Position numbers and translations under genes: made by a program. This document shows positions 40,201 through 53,431 of a stretch of 64,000 nt of DNA, piece after piece; positions within the stretch are counted from its first letter, which is position 1, and each line of letters begins with the position of its first letter. The stretch is from Octopus bimaculoides (Eukaryota): assembly GCF_001194135.2 (NCBI RefSeq), contig NC_068985.1:43142293-43206292 (forward strand). The letters are read 5' to 3'. A model generated the notes under the pieces. It was not told the origin of the DNA, searched no databases, and saw nothing but the letters and a program-made list of their open reading frames with translations.

Positions 40201-41874
40201 GGCAATGAAAGACACCAACTTCTCAGCTGGTTAACTAGTACAATTTTTGTTATTTTCACTCTCATCATCATTACTTTCTTGCCCCTCTGTACATCTAGAT
40301 TTCATACCAAATCCCTATAAGAACTGCTTCTTTCTAAAAATCAGCTTCATATTCACAAACCTCTCTTTCAAATTGAATATCAGCTACACTCACCTTGCCA
40401 AATATCTTACTGTCCCTTTTCTTATGGAGATTTAAAAAAGCTACAACTGCAATCTTACTAACTAGTGACTTTCATCGAATTAGTTTACAGCTTCTCTTTC
40501 ACAAAAAGTATTTTAGGCTTAAAAAATAAAACGATTTTTATTTGGAAGCTGAATTCAATCAGTAAGATATATTTCTAAATACTCGTCTTAACATTTTTTT
40601 TAGACAACTCTAATTGAAAATTATTTTTAATGCTTAAAAAATTACATGTTGTGAGGTAGTGGTGAGTATATCTTATAAAGCCTGTTATCATTGTCTTTCA
40701 AATTTGATAGTCTTTCCCAAATTCATAACACCCGTAAATTTTGCAACAAGGAATATCCTTGATATCATCTTGTCAAAGGAAAGTTTTAATTGTGAAGACA
40801 TAGCAAACCAGTATTAAGTAGGATGTTCTTGTCATTTTTTACTTTCATTCTACACCGTTGTTTGTGATGAATAAATTCATATCTTTAAATCTTTACCAGC
40901 AGTCATTTAGCTAGTATCTAAAATTCTGTCCATTTAAATGTTACCAATGTTTACTTAAACCATTTTGTTACCATATTCCAGTTAAAATGTGCTGGCTTTG
41001 TTTTGGTTAACTTTGAAAATAATTTAGTGAAATAACTCATTGTTAATCTGGTGTTTGGAACATAAATTAACATGAAATTTTGATGGAAGATTTTTATTTA
41101 GATCATTTCAAAACAATGAATTTGTTTCAGAGAACTAGGGGACAGTTTAAAAAACGATTAATCATTCATTCTTAAGGGTTGAGTAATTAGTATTGAAAAT
41201 AACCAAAATTTAGTTTTGATATCACTGGCAATTTTATGATTAAGTTTTAGCATAAAACATGGAAAATATACCCTCCTTTGTATCGTGTTCTTTTTTCTCT
41301 CATTGCGAGCAAACAAAATATTATTAAAATCAGTGGGTTTTTTAGACATCGTTACCTCATTGATTGATTGTTTGTTTTTTCTTAGAAAATTCCTTCTCAT
41401 TATAAAATGACTCCAACCCCCACCTCCCATACACACACAAGTCAATGTTTGTGATTGTTGAGTCTTTTACAAAAAGCCCTTCTCTTTTGCAAGATCTTAA
41501 GTTTTTTTGTTTTGTTTTATTTTTAGTACACTTTTTGTTATTGACTACACACCTCACCAACTCTGTTTCTTTGCTGGTTATTGTCAAACATTTTATTCTT
41601 TCATTGCTTTCTTTGTCTTTTTAAATGTTTTATATCTCTGCTTTAAAGATTGTTACTACCTTATAATTACCTTTGTTCCTTTCTATCATATAACTCATTA
41701 GATATAGTAGACAGTTACTTCAAATATTCTGCAAGGATTTAATACGTTTTGTTTCTGTTCGTCAGAAATGTCTTATTTGCGATATCTGCTTTATGTCATA
41801 CTCTGCTTTCTCAGATGGACAGATTTTGTTAGATTTGCAAGTCAGATATGTCTCTCCTTTATCAAACAAAAAGT

Positions 41875-42205
41875 AGGCATGACTGTATGGTTAAGAAGCT
41901 TGCTTTGCAACCATATGGTTTCAAGTTCAGTCCTACTAAACAGCACCTTGTACAAATGTTTTCTACTATAACTCCAGACTGACTCATGCTTTGCATGTAT
42001 GTATATATGTGTGTGAATGTGTTTGTCTTTATCCCCCAACTACTTACTTGGTTTATTGATGCTGCCATGACTTAGCAATTTGGCTGTAAAAACCAATAGA
42101 ATAAGACCATACTTGAAAATATTGGGTTTTATTTTACTAAAACCTTTTGAAGGTGGTGACCCAACATGGCCATAGTCCAATGACTGAAACAAGTAAAAGA
42201 AAAAA
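41875..42205 (+). mobile_element. tRNA-derived SINE with internal (TA/TG)n; related copies at ~43355-43745, 44650-45050, 52710-53000, 60285-60660 (+) and ~1590-1740, 8730-8880, 47830-47960 (-)
   Basis: Shared head GGCATG(G/A)CTG(T/C)GTGGT(T/C)AAG..GCTTGCTT..CAAC..GG(G)TTCAGT..TGCATGGCA(C/T)CTTGGGC and GGATTTGG..GAAACTGAAAGA before a microsatellite. Boundaries approximate. Confidence 0.75.
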
Positions 42206-44770
42206 AAAGAGAATTCCTCGGATTAAGATGTTTGAAAAGCAGATTTTCTGTATATATCCATACATAAATTTTCCATTTTCATCATGCAAAATCTAAGGAT
42301 ATTACTTTAAGTTCCTACTCTGCTCTCTTTCTCTAAATATTCCAAATATCTTAATTTCTACATTTTTTTTATATGCCATTTTACAACTCTAATCAGGGCT
42401 GTGGAACCAGTACAGTACACAAAACCTCCAGCTCTGCATCCTTTATTTGTAATTAAACTAATCATGTTATATTGATTGAAAGCACACCAATACATGCCCA
42501 CTTATTAGCTCCTTAACCTTTTGAGGTGTAAAGGCTATAGCTATGTTAAGGGTTTTTAATGTTTATTGAAGTTACAAATAATTATACATCAGACAAAATT
42601 TTTAAATGGCTACTTTTATCAAAAACCCATAAAATATTAGGAATATCTTTGTTTACCAGTTCAAAAAAAGTCCACATCAATTAAAACTATAATACTAAAC
42701 ACCTACAAAAACTTGAGCATTTTAAATTAAACTCAACACTTCTCCCTTCCTTTTCACTATTATTTGAAACTCTGACATTGCAGTTTGCATTTTTATAAAC
42801 TCTGCTTCCAGTTAGCAATCCAATTATTACTTCCAACTCTACAGCCCTCAGTAATAAACTGTCTTTTCTTGGATTGTCTATTATCATTAGACTGAAATAT
42901 TGTTTCTGACAACCTTAGAATTTCTTTGCAAGAGGATTCTCCTTTCCAATGTTTTTCATGCATGCACACACACCATGCATTTGGTCCACACTATATTTAT
43001 TTATCTTATGGGCCATATATTATTTATTGCTGCACAGGGATTCTTTCTTTTTCTGTTATGTTATGGTGACATGAAATTTGTACATTGCTCTCTTCTCTTT
43101 AATTTCTATTAGTTTGTTTTTTTTATCATCCAAATTTTTTGTAGTTTTATTCCCCTTAATAAATCTGTTTTTGATTTATATATAATTTCCTTGCCAATTT
43201 TTTTATTAGAATTTATTTTATTATGTAAAAAAGTGTTTGTTGAAGAGAAGCAAAATAAGGCAGAATGGTGATGGAGTTAATCATGAGTTCATACTTCACA
43301 CAATCCAACTGGGAAAAAGTCATTGAAAATAAGTGTTCTGATTTGTGTGTATGCAAGCATGGCTGCGTGGTCAAGTTTGCTTCCCAATCACATGATGTTG
43401 GGTTCAGTTTTACTGCATGGCATCTTGGGCAATTCTTTTACTGTCCCCTGGCTGGCCAAAGACTTGCATGGATTTGGCTAATAGAAACTGAAAGAGGCCT
43501 GTCATGTGTGTGTGTGTGTATAAGTGTATAGTTGTCTCCTTGTTTATGACATTGTGTGACTATTGTAAAATAATTGCTCATTTCCAATATAGCAAAAATG
43601 GTGTGGCCGTGGGGAAATATTACCTTGCTTAGGAACAGGTAAGGATTGGCAACAGGAAGGGAGGGCATCCAGCTGTAAAAAAAAAAATCTGCTCAGCCCA
43701 ACTCATGCAATTATGGTGGGGGAAAAGGGGGGACGTTAAAGTGATAAATATATACATAGGTGCACTTACATATATACTCACTCTAATTTGAAAATTCAAT
43801 TCAGCCTATAGAAATCTGTTGTATAATTGATAGTTTTTTTTATCTCAGTATCACATCTGTTTGTTTTTGTTATTAAACTGAAATTAATTTTCTGTATGTT
43901 ATATATTGAACCAAATTGACTTGTTAAATTATGTTTGGAGGTGGAGTAAGTGTAGTAATTTTATTAAAAGTATGAAAAAGTCTTCTAGGAACAATTGGTT
44001 CCAAATGAAAATGTTTAGTGAACAGATCAGACTTCAAAAAAATTTAGGGGAGTTTTTTGAATTAGCATTTTTAATTTCTCAGTTTAATTTTGCAAGTCAT
44101 ATATCCCATACAATAATTTATGTACATCAAGCAATTTTCTTGACTATTATTTTTATGAAGAAAAAAATGCTTCAGAAAACTATTGTGTGTGTATATATAT
44201 ATATATAAATAATCTAAATTTTAAGCAGAGCATAGCTCTTAGCCTTTTTCTAGGCTCTCCCAGAATATTAGAACAGTTTGGCTAATTTTAACTTAAGATG
44301 ATTTTCATGTCAGTTGTTGAGGTGGAGTGGTAGTTCTAGGGAGAAAATATAGAGTAAAGAGCTTACTGAAGTGTGTTGGGTGGCAGGAGGAGGAGGAAAC
44401 ACTGGTTAAAGTGGAGATTATGTACAGTCTGCAGATTACTGTAGTACACAGTTTAATGGCCATCAAGTAGTTGAAAACTATCAAATTGGTAGTCTGGAAT
44501 GTAAGAGAGAGACTCATCTAGATATAAGTCCTAGTTTAATATAGGCAAATTTGTGTCACTATGGAAATATTAGCTTAGTTCTAATTTGAATTTGTATTCC
44601 TTCATTTTTCAGTATAGATTTGTTTTATTTTTGATAAAAATTGATCATATGTGCAGATGTGGTTGTTTCCTTAACACATTCTGGGTTCAGTGCTGCTGCA
44701 TGGCACCTTGGGCTACTATATTATCCAGACCAGTCAAAACCTTGTGAGTGGATTTGGTAGAGAGAAACTG

Positions 44771-44775
<5 letters not shown>

Positions 44776-44860
<85 letters not shown>
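44776..44860. repeat. (TC)n microsatellite of about 42 units inside a SINE
   Basis: Uninterrupted TC run seen directly. Confidence 0.95.
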
Positions 44861-44864
<4 letters not shown>

Positions 44865-46761
44865 GTCCCCTTCTACTGCTTGACAACTGGTGTTGGTTTG
44901 TTTACATCCCCATTCCTTATGGTCAGCAAAAGAGACTAATTGATTAAGTACCAGGCTTTTAAAAATAAGTCCTGAGAGTGATTTGTTTGACTAAACATGG
45001 CAAGGTGGCACCCAAGCAAGGCCACTGCCCAATGACAAACAAGTAAAAAGGCATTAATTTCATACAACTGTTAGCATAATTAAGGTAACTCAAACTAGGT
45101 TTGCTCTCTTTGGTAGGTTTTATTCCATGACTTAAATGTTTAATCTTCTCTAATTTCTTATTTGTTTAATTCCACTGGGCAAAACTATTTTACTCTGACT
45201 TTTTAATCTGAGATTTGTTTTTGACTACTTTTGGAGCTCTGAAGCTAAAAATCCTAGTTTTTGTTCATTATGTCAATTTTTTGTTCTGCACCCATTTTAG
45301 ACTAATTTTGAGCATATTTTGGATGCTGGTTCCAAACATTTCTAATCAATGAGCTTTTATCCTGATGATAAATCTTGGACAGTATATTGCATCATTAAAA
45401 TAACCACATATTACTACATATCAGTTGTTTTTTTTTGTTTGTTTTTTTTTTAGCCAAAAGATTAGAATAAATGTATTGAACAAAAATGGTGTCTGCTTTG
45501 GTTACTTATGAAATAAGCTCCCTGGACTGAACATGAAAAAACATAAGTTAGGGATTTTTGCTGAACCTTAGATAAAAGATTCTTATTTTATATAGATTTA
45601 ATAGGCAACTGTCTTTGATCTGGTTGTTGAAAACTTTCTTGGTAGCCATAAGAGGACATTCTCTCCCATTCTAATAAACTTGGCTATAACATTGAGCATT
45701 ATGGTACATTATCTTTAGTTATGGAATCACTTTCCAGAAAAATTTGTAATTTAAGGAAACAGAGATTCCATTTGGATATATAAGCAATGGAAGATAGAGA
45801 TACGAAGGAAAGTGGGGTTACATATTTGATGGCTAATTGCTGCACCATTCAATGGGATAGTCCTGGTAAGTCTCTAGTGCTTAATTTCAGTGCTTGAATG
45901 GAGACATCAGCATCTAAAAAGGCATGCTGTATCTTCAAAACTAGAGGTAATGGGGGGAAATGGAACCAGTGCTCCAAATATACTCAACTGTCTAGGCAGC
46001 AAGCTTCTTTTTTCTCCCAGTGTTGTTTCGTACTCAGTCACCAATCCCAGCATTTATAATTCTAAATTTGCCTCTTGAAAATTTATCAAACATTACTCTG
46101 TATTTCCTTTCATTGTAGAACAATTCACTTTAAAACATTTATATTCAGTTAGGATCATCATCATTTTATGTCTGCTTTCCATGCTGATTTGGGTTGAACA
46201 GGTCTTCATGGTCCTAGTCAGTTCTTATTCAGAGTTACTGCCCTTTTGAAATAGTTGGAGAGACCACAGCTTGCTCATGTGTTTTTTGGTATGGTTTCTA
46301 CAGCTGGGTGTTATTTCTAACACCAACCACTTGTGTGCTAGGTACAGTTTATCATAGTACTAGCTCCCTTAATATTATTTTGCACTCTGCAAGACAAAGA
46401 GGCCTTCACTACTCTATATTTGTCCCTGTTCATTTAGGACAATGTAAACAATAGAGCTGAAAGGAGAGAACTGATTAGGTTGATGGTATGGAAGAGTAAG
46501 GAAATGGTGCTCAACAGAATAATAAACACTTACGGTAGATACACATTTGTAGTTGAATTTGTCAGTGTTAAGTGTGATAGCTATCAATAACAAATCTGTG
46601 GGAGCAGGACTGGTAGGCAGAAAAGAACCTTCGTTACTATTTCCATTCAGCCGATGTTTCACCATGCTTTCATGAATAGATGGGTCTTCCTTAGAATCTC
46701 GTGTCACCAATCCTTTATCATCTTGCAATCAGTCTTCAGTATTTTGTCCTGAATATTTGTT

Positions 46762-46815
46762 GGCTGTCCATAGGAACTTCTGTATGCTGATGACCTTGTT
46801 CTTATAGCAGAATCT
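46762..46815 (+). mobile_element. RTE reverse transcriptase remnant
   Basis: Translates GCP*ELLYADDLVLIAES, homologous to CPWELLYVDDLALIAES in the long RTE copy. Confidence 0.7.
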
Positions 46816-46987
46816 GTAGTAAATTTAGTAAATTGTTGCTTGATGTAGCTAGTTGAGAAAAGAACAGCTGAGATCCTTTTAAAAACTCTTAAATCATTCA
46901 CTTGAAATTTTAGTTATTTTATTGAGGGTGTTCAGAAGTTAGAATCTAATCAATGGTTTCTAGATGAGACAAGTGTTTTAACAAACG

Positions 46988-46991
<4 letters not shown>

Positions 46992-47072
<81 letters not shown>
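46992..47072. repeat. Compound (TA)n(CA)n microsatellite
   Basis: Seen directly. Similar TA/CA/AG runs at ~25100-25155, 32097-32160, 35235-35333 and next to several gaps. Confidence 0.9.
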
Positions 47073-47079
<7 letters not shown>

Positions 47080-48254
47080 CTTATCTATTTGCACTGCAAC
47101 TTCCCAATCTTCAGTTGTTTATTTGAAGCAAACTTACAAAACTAGTTATCTTTTAATATAGCAAGTAATAGTTCAAAACTATTTCAAGTTGATTCTATGA
47201 TAGGTAATATTTGGCTGAAGAGTCTTTAAACAAATTTATGTAACCATGTCATAATTTGTGAAAAGCAAGCTTGTCCTGTATGGTAATAAAAATAAAGTTT
47301 CTCACTAATGAATTATTTTTTTAAAATAGTTATTTCAGTGGAATTATCAGTGTAGACACCCAGTTGAACATGTGAAAACAAAGGAAGCAACAAGACTTCA
47401 GAATCTAGTTTCTGAGATGATGTCTATGTCCTTCTGTTGCTTCATTTTGTTAATAGTGCAGTCAGAACTTGGTGTAGGGTTGGAGTACAAGAGGACTATA
47501 ATTGAGAGAAGCAAGACTGAATTATTTAGTACTGGGTTTAGGGATGAGATGAGATTGATGCATTAGCTAGGCTTGTGTTGAGTAGATTTATTAAGAATAG
47601 GTATGTGTATGTCTGTATATACATCATCACTATGTTAACTTCTTTTCTAGGCTTGCTTGAATCAGATGGAATTTGTTGAAACAAATCTCTCTGATTTCCA
47701 TTAATACTTCTTGACTAAACATATTTTTCTGGAAGACTGGAGACAAATGACATTGACTGATGGTGATGCATGCACATTGTGTGTGTAGATTTGATATTAT
47801 ACATATATGACTGGCTTCTTTCGGCTTCAATTTTCCAAACTCCATTCACTAGGCTTTGGCTGGTCTGAAGCTGTAGTAGAAGGCACTTATGCAAGGAACT
47901 GAACTTGAAGCCATGTTGTTGAGAAGCAAACTTTTTAAGTATACAGGCATGTCTGCCTACAATATATATTTAATTAGATAATATATAACTATTGATGAGT
48001 GGATTTTTGTGATCTGGAATGTATCTGAATAACAACATTACCCGGCATGTGAATAATACCTTTTGAACTTATAGTAATTTAGTAACTGATTGGGACTGAA
48101 CTATCTTCCGACTCTGAGGAACTCTAGTCTCGTCTAACTCTTGATAAGTTGGGAACTTTAGTTTTGCTCCTCCACAACCATCTATAGATGCCCTTGGTTA
48201 TGGAATCAAAGCAGGTCTTGCATAAAATGTCAAGTGTGTGTGAATCATCCCTAT

Positions 48255-48368
48255 CATCATCATCGTTTAACGTCCGCTTTCCATGCAAGCATGGGTTGGA
48301 CGATTTGACTGAGGACTGGTGAAACCGGATGGCAACACCAGGCTCCAATCTAATTTGGCAGAGTTTCT
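48255..48368 (-). mobile_element. RTE 3' terminal fragment (similar tails at ~6760-6870, ~15090-15260, ~46140-46340, ~49010-49130)
   Basis: TCATCATCATCGTTTAACGTCCGCTTTCCATGCAAGCATGGGTTGGACG is the reverse complement of the tail at 23560-23616. Confidence 0.8.
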
Positions 48369-51289
48369 ATGTGCAAAGAATAAAGGAAGAATTGAGGATG
48401 GTGTCATTTGGACTTAAAATTAACAAGGATGAAATAAGAGACATGACAATTGCAAGAGCAATCTGAGTTGACATCCATTACTGATGAGGCAGACCTCAAA
48501 GCAAAGCATCTTCATTTGACAGTTCTTGTGACAAACAATTGACACTTTTGTTGTCAAAGACAACAACCTTGCTTTCATCAAAATTCTCAAGGTCAAGAAA
48601 TTAACAATGGGAATTGAGAAAGGAAGTTCAGGTAGTCATATACTTAGTGCAGATTTCCTCCCTTGAAGTCGGTGTACTAGAGAAATTACTTGTGATTTAA
48701 AGTAATTTAGATACTGTGATGGTAGTAGATGTTGAAGAGCAGGGTCTGTGGAGTCAGAGATGGAAGCAATTTGGGTTACTTAAGTTGAAGTTGATAAAAA
48801 TTTACCAACCCTGACCAAAAATACATCAAAATTACCTTTTTCACAGAGACTAATTTGACTATTTTCTGTGCTAAGATTTCCATAAAGGAAGATCTGGTAG
48901 AAGCAATTTCATTTCTAGTGGGTGTTAGTTTTTTTGGGGGTGGGGNNNNNNNNNNATGCAATGTTTCTTGTGTAAATATTGTAGAGATAAACTTTTCCAT
49001 CTTTTGCAATCATCATTTTAATGTACACTTTCCTTGCTTGCATGGGTTAGATGGGATTTAAGACGGGTTTTCTACAACTGGATGCCCTTCCTGTTGCCAG
49101 CCCTCACCTGTTTCCAAGTAAAGTAATCTTCTAAGTCTATCAAACATTGAACAGTTTGGACAGTTATATGATGAAATGGAATCAAGTTTGAATGAGCTTT
49201 TTGTTTACAAAGGATTGCTCAAACATTAAGAAGCACAGACATGCTTTGGTGGTTGATTGCAAGCTAAGGACACCATCTATATTGACAGTGAAACTGTTGT
49301 TTAAATTCAGTGAACACATGTGCAAACCAGGGTAAATACAAACTCACTTGCACATGTGTGCATACGCACACACATGTACTTTAGTTTCTGCCTATCAATT
49401 TCACTCGCTCGATAATGATCATCTTGTGGTTATTGTATAGAATGCCAGCCAGCAATTTTTATGCGAGTTTGAAATCCTAAACATGTGATTCCAAAGCAAA
49501 CTTCTTAATCTCACAACCACATCTATGATATAATTTTTTATTTCATTTAATGTAATTTTTCATGTATTCACTTCACTTTTATATTCAGACAATGCTTTGA
49601 TCTTGAGAAGAATGGTTATGTATCTAATTGAGTTTATTTCTTTTAAAACAATGTTTTAAGTTGTTAGTCATATTACAAATAAAGGAGTTGCATTTGAAAG
49701 TTTGTATTAACTCCACATCCTTCAAAGTGAGTAGTGATATGTTGTTTAGATTTGAACTATGCCATGAAATTAATGATGGTTACTTTTCATTTGTCCTTTC
49801 CAAGAGAAATATTTGACAGTTGTGTCTTGCATTGGTTCCATAAAAGATTTGGATTGATTTCTTCTTGTAGGAATGTGAAAATTGTGTTTTGACTGAATTG
49901 TTTATGAGATTAGAGTTGAATATCCTCTATGGCTGATTACTTCCTTCATTCTTCATCAACTCCTTGAAGTCACTCTGAATGATGTAGGAAATGTCCATTA
50001 CTTCATCTTCATTCTGGGAACCACATGCAAATGAAATATAGAAAACCTTATCCAAAAAAACAAAGGGAATTAGAGAGGGCTATCAAAAGACTAGCAGCAT
50101 ATGATTCAGTAAAAATTTATTATGATAGTTACTACACCCAAAATTGTTAGTCTATCAAGAAGATTCTAGGCTGAAATTTGATATATTTATGATAGACTTG
50201 ATGAAGCTTAGCCAAATTGTAGACCATAGATATGAACCAGTGTTTGTAAAAGAGATAATTAAGATTTATGAATACAAAGATGACACATTGAGCTGAGAAT
50301 GTCCAATAAGTAGATAGTATCAGACATCCAGATAGAAGACACTTATCTTGAATTTCATAGAAGGATACTCTCCTGTAGACTAGCTGCTTATTGAAGATAT
50401 CTCTTCATGATAGCACAGCTTCAGTGAAACAAACTCTGGCCTTCTCTTTAGAAAGCTTCATTGAGACCACTCTTGAAGTACTGCCTCAATATCTGGGACA
50501 GTACTGCTGCTGGACATAAAGACATCCTAGACTGCATTCAAAAACAGGCCACTTAACTGATTGGTCAATACACATACTGCCTCTTCACTCTGCTTTTCTT
50601 ATTGTCTCTACAATGGCTTCTGCTCCTCAGAACTGGCTGGTCTTGTGTCACTTTAATTAAGGTGCCCATATTGTCCACTATCTCAGGCCCCCTACTATTT
50701 CTTTGCCCTTCCTGCCTAAATATCATCTCTCTGGAATTTTTTCCTATAGCTGTCAATCAAAAGGAACTTAAATTTTGGTGTGAATGAAAAATCTACAGCC
50801 TTAAAAAATGTCCTGCTGTTGATAAATCAGATCTGTTTGTAAGTCATTTCTAAAAGCAAAGTTTTGAAAAGGTTTGAAATAATTAAGGCAGCTGTAGCTA
50901 TTTTAAATTGTAATTTAGATATACTTCAGAAGAGCTCAAAAATATCTGTTATGCTTCTGTATATTAGCAAACATGAAACTTCACACAATCTGTCATATAA
51001 TAGTAACTAGTTTGGTAAGCAAGCAATCCTACAAAATTGTTGTTTTTCTCTAGCTGCTGAAAATTGGAAGAGTTGGATAAATTGAGATGATATTTGTAAA
51101 ATTTTTACCCAGCTTTGAAGGAGGGAAGTGTAGTGCATGTAATTTTATTCTACAAACCTGAAGGCTTGTTGACCTCTTTCAGACTTGTGTTGGTGAATGA
51201 GAGTGTAAGGTATGAAATTACCTGCTCAAAGTTCACAATTCTGAATCCACTGCAAGCATTGCATTTCTGGCTAGTTTTATTGTATTGTT

Positions 51290-52110
51290 TCACTTCATGC
51301 AAATCTCTCTAAATTATTCACAGATGTTGCCGATCTGCCTCTCATCTATTTTATCATAGGCTTCTTGACATTGTACCATTAGTGTGTACTTACAGACCCA
51401 CTCTCTATCAACTCTGGTGTACCATAAGGTTCAGTTTTATCTCCTTCTCTCTTTTTATATCAACAACCTACTTGTTGTCTCCTCTAACAACACCTACTCC
51501 TATGCAGGTAATATTGACCTTCATTCTTCTGTTACCTTTCAAAGGTAAACAAGATTTTACACTAAAACTGCACGGTCTTCATGAAAAGGGACTTTAGAAA
51601 CAGTCTCCAGTGGGGTCTTGTTTATATCAACTCTACCGAAACGTCAAGAAAACAATATAGTACTCCTTCTCCAAAATTCAGGAACAACACATAATTAGAA
51701 CCCTCCAGCATACTGCAAAGGCCTCACCATCATTGATGATATCTCTTTATGATAGCACATCTTCAACATAAATTCTGGCCTTTTAACTCTTTAGGAAGTT
51801 TTATTGAGATCAAAAATGAAGCACTGCCTCCATATCTGAGGTCGTACTGCTGCTGCACATAAACAGACACCCTAGACTACATTCAAACACAAGCCACTTA
51901 ACTGTTTGGTCAATACATATGTTACTTCTTCACTCTGCTTTTCTTGCTGTTTTTACTGGTCTTATGCCACCTTAACTTAGGCACCCATATTGTGTCCACT
52001 ACCTGAGTTCTTTTCCTGTAGCTGTCAACAAGCATCTGTACAAGGGGAACCTAAATTTTGGTGTGATTGAAAATCCTTTTGCCATAAAAAAAATGTTCTG
52101 CTGTTTGTTG
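51290..52110 (+). mobile_element. CR1/L2-group LINE ORF2 relic, partly repeated at 50395-50830
   Basis: SINSGVP*GSVLSPSLF at ~51405-51455. The copy at 50465-50570 reads RPLLKYCLNIWDSTAAGHKDILDCIQKQAT*LIG, a CR1/L2-type C-terminal signature. Confidence 0.65.
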
Positions 52111-53239
52111 ATAAACAATATCTTAATTGTAAGATGACTTGACATTTGCAAAGTTATGAGCAGTATCACCCCATCAAATTCCTCAACAGAAATTTCTTGG
52201 CATTGTAAATCAACAATGATAGATTATTGATAGTGAATTGTCTTTGATTCCTGAAGATATTGCAATTATACTTGATACTAAAGTCAACTATTTCATGCCA
52301 TCTCAAAAGGTGAAATGTATTGATAGAAACAAGTTTAATATAATTGGAAGAAACAATTGCTACTATGTAAATAAAATTTTGTTGTCTGTAAAATGGATTT
52401 TGCCATATTTGGAATCTTTACATAATTTCAGCCACTTCAAATTGAATTTAAAAGTAAATTTCATCTGACTGTTTCAGAAACAGTCAGATGAAATTTATAT
52501 TGTTCCAAAGTTTTATAACATATTTGATAAACCTTCAAAATGTCAAATATTCACTGACTAACTCCTTGTTCATCAAAATTACTATAATCAACAAAATCAA
52601 TTATTAAAATGGGTAACTCTTACATTCTCGCAATACTCAAGGAGTTTACAAATTAACCACTAGCATAGTAGCTATAGAACTCAATTTCAAAGTTCTGAAT
52701 TTCATGCATGGTTGGGAAGCAAGCTTCTCGGTCACATGGTTTTGAGTTGTCCTACTGTGTAGTAACATAAGTCAACCAAACACTTGTAAAAGGATTTGGT
52801 TAACAGAAACTGAAAGAGGCCTTGTTATGTGTGTGTGTTTGTATTAGTGTCTCGTTGTCTTGAAATTGTGTTGTAAATGAGTATCACTGCCATACAAGTG
52901 GTGTCCTTTGGTGAAACATGTCTGGCAATGAGGAAGTATAAAATGTACCTCTCAAATTTCATCTGACCCATGCAAGTATGGAAAAAGTGGATGTTGAAAT
53001 GACAACGCAGCAGATAGAATATTCATAGGACTGGAATCACACCATATGTATTCATCAATCAAAGTGAATGATACAATAACATAATATGGAAAAGAAAACT
53101 TCGGTTATGTCTAATGCAAACAAGGAAGGCAATAAAACAAAATGAAGAATTACCTGCTACAGCTTTAAACATGTAATCACTTCAAAACAAAATTTAAGCT
53201 CTACACACCGTTCAACACTAAAAAGATTAGACAAGTTAT

Positions 53240-53431
53240 CCCTTTAGCATTCAGATTATTTTGTCAAATATAATGCTTATTTATTTACATTATTTTCAAT
53301 TAATTATTATCATCTTGTAGCTTTGAGATTTTGAAAATGACATTGTAGGGTAGGTGTGAGACTGGGGCTGGCCAGTTTGAACATAAAACAGAATATTTTG
53401 GTCAGATATGGCTGGTTTAAATGTTAAAGGG
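53240..53431. mobile_element. piggyBac-type MITE, copy 4
   Basis: TTAT|CCCTTTAGCATTCAGATT ... TTTAAATGTTAAAGGG|TTAA, with the same internal sequence as copy 3. Confidence 0.8.
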
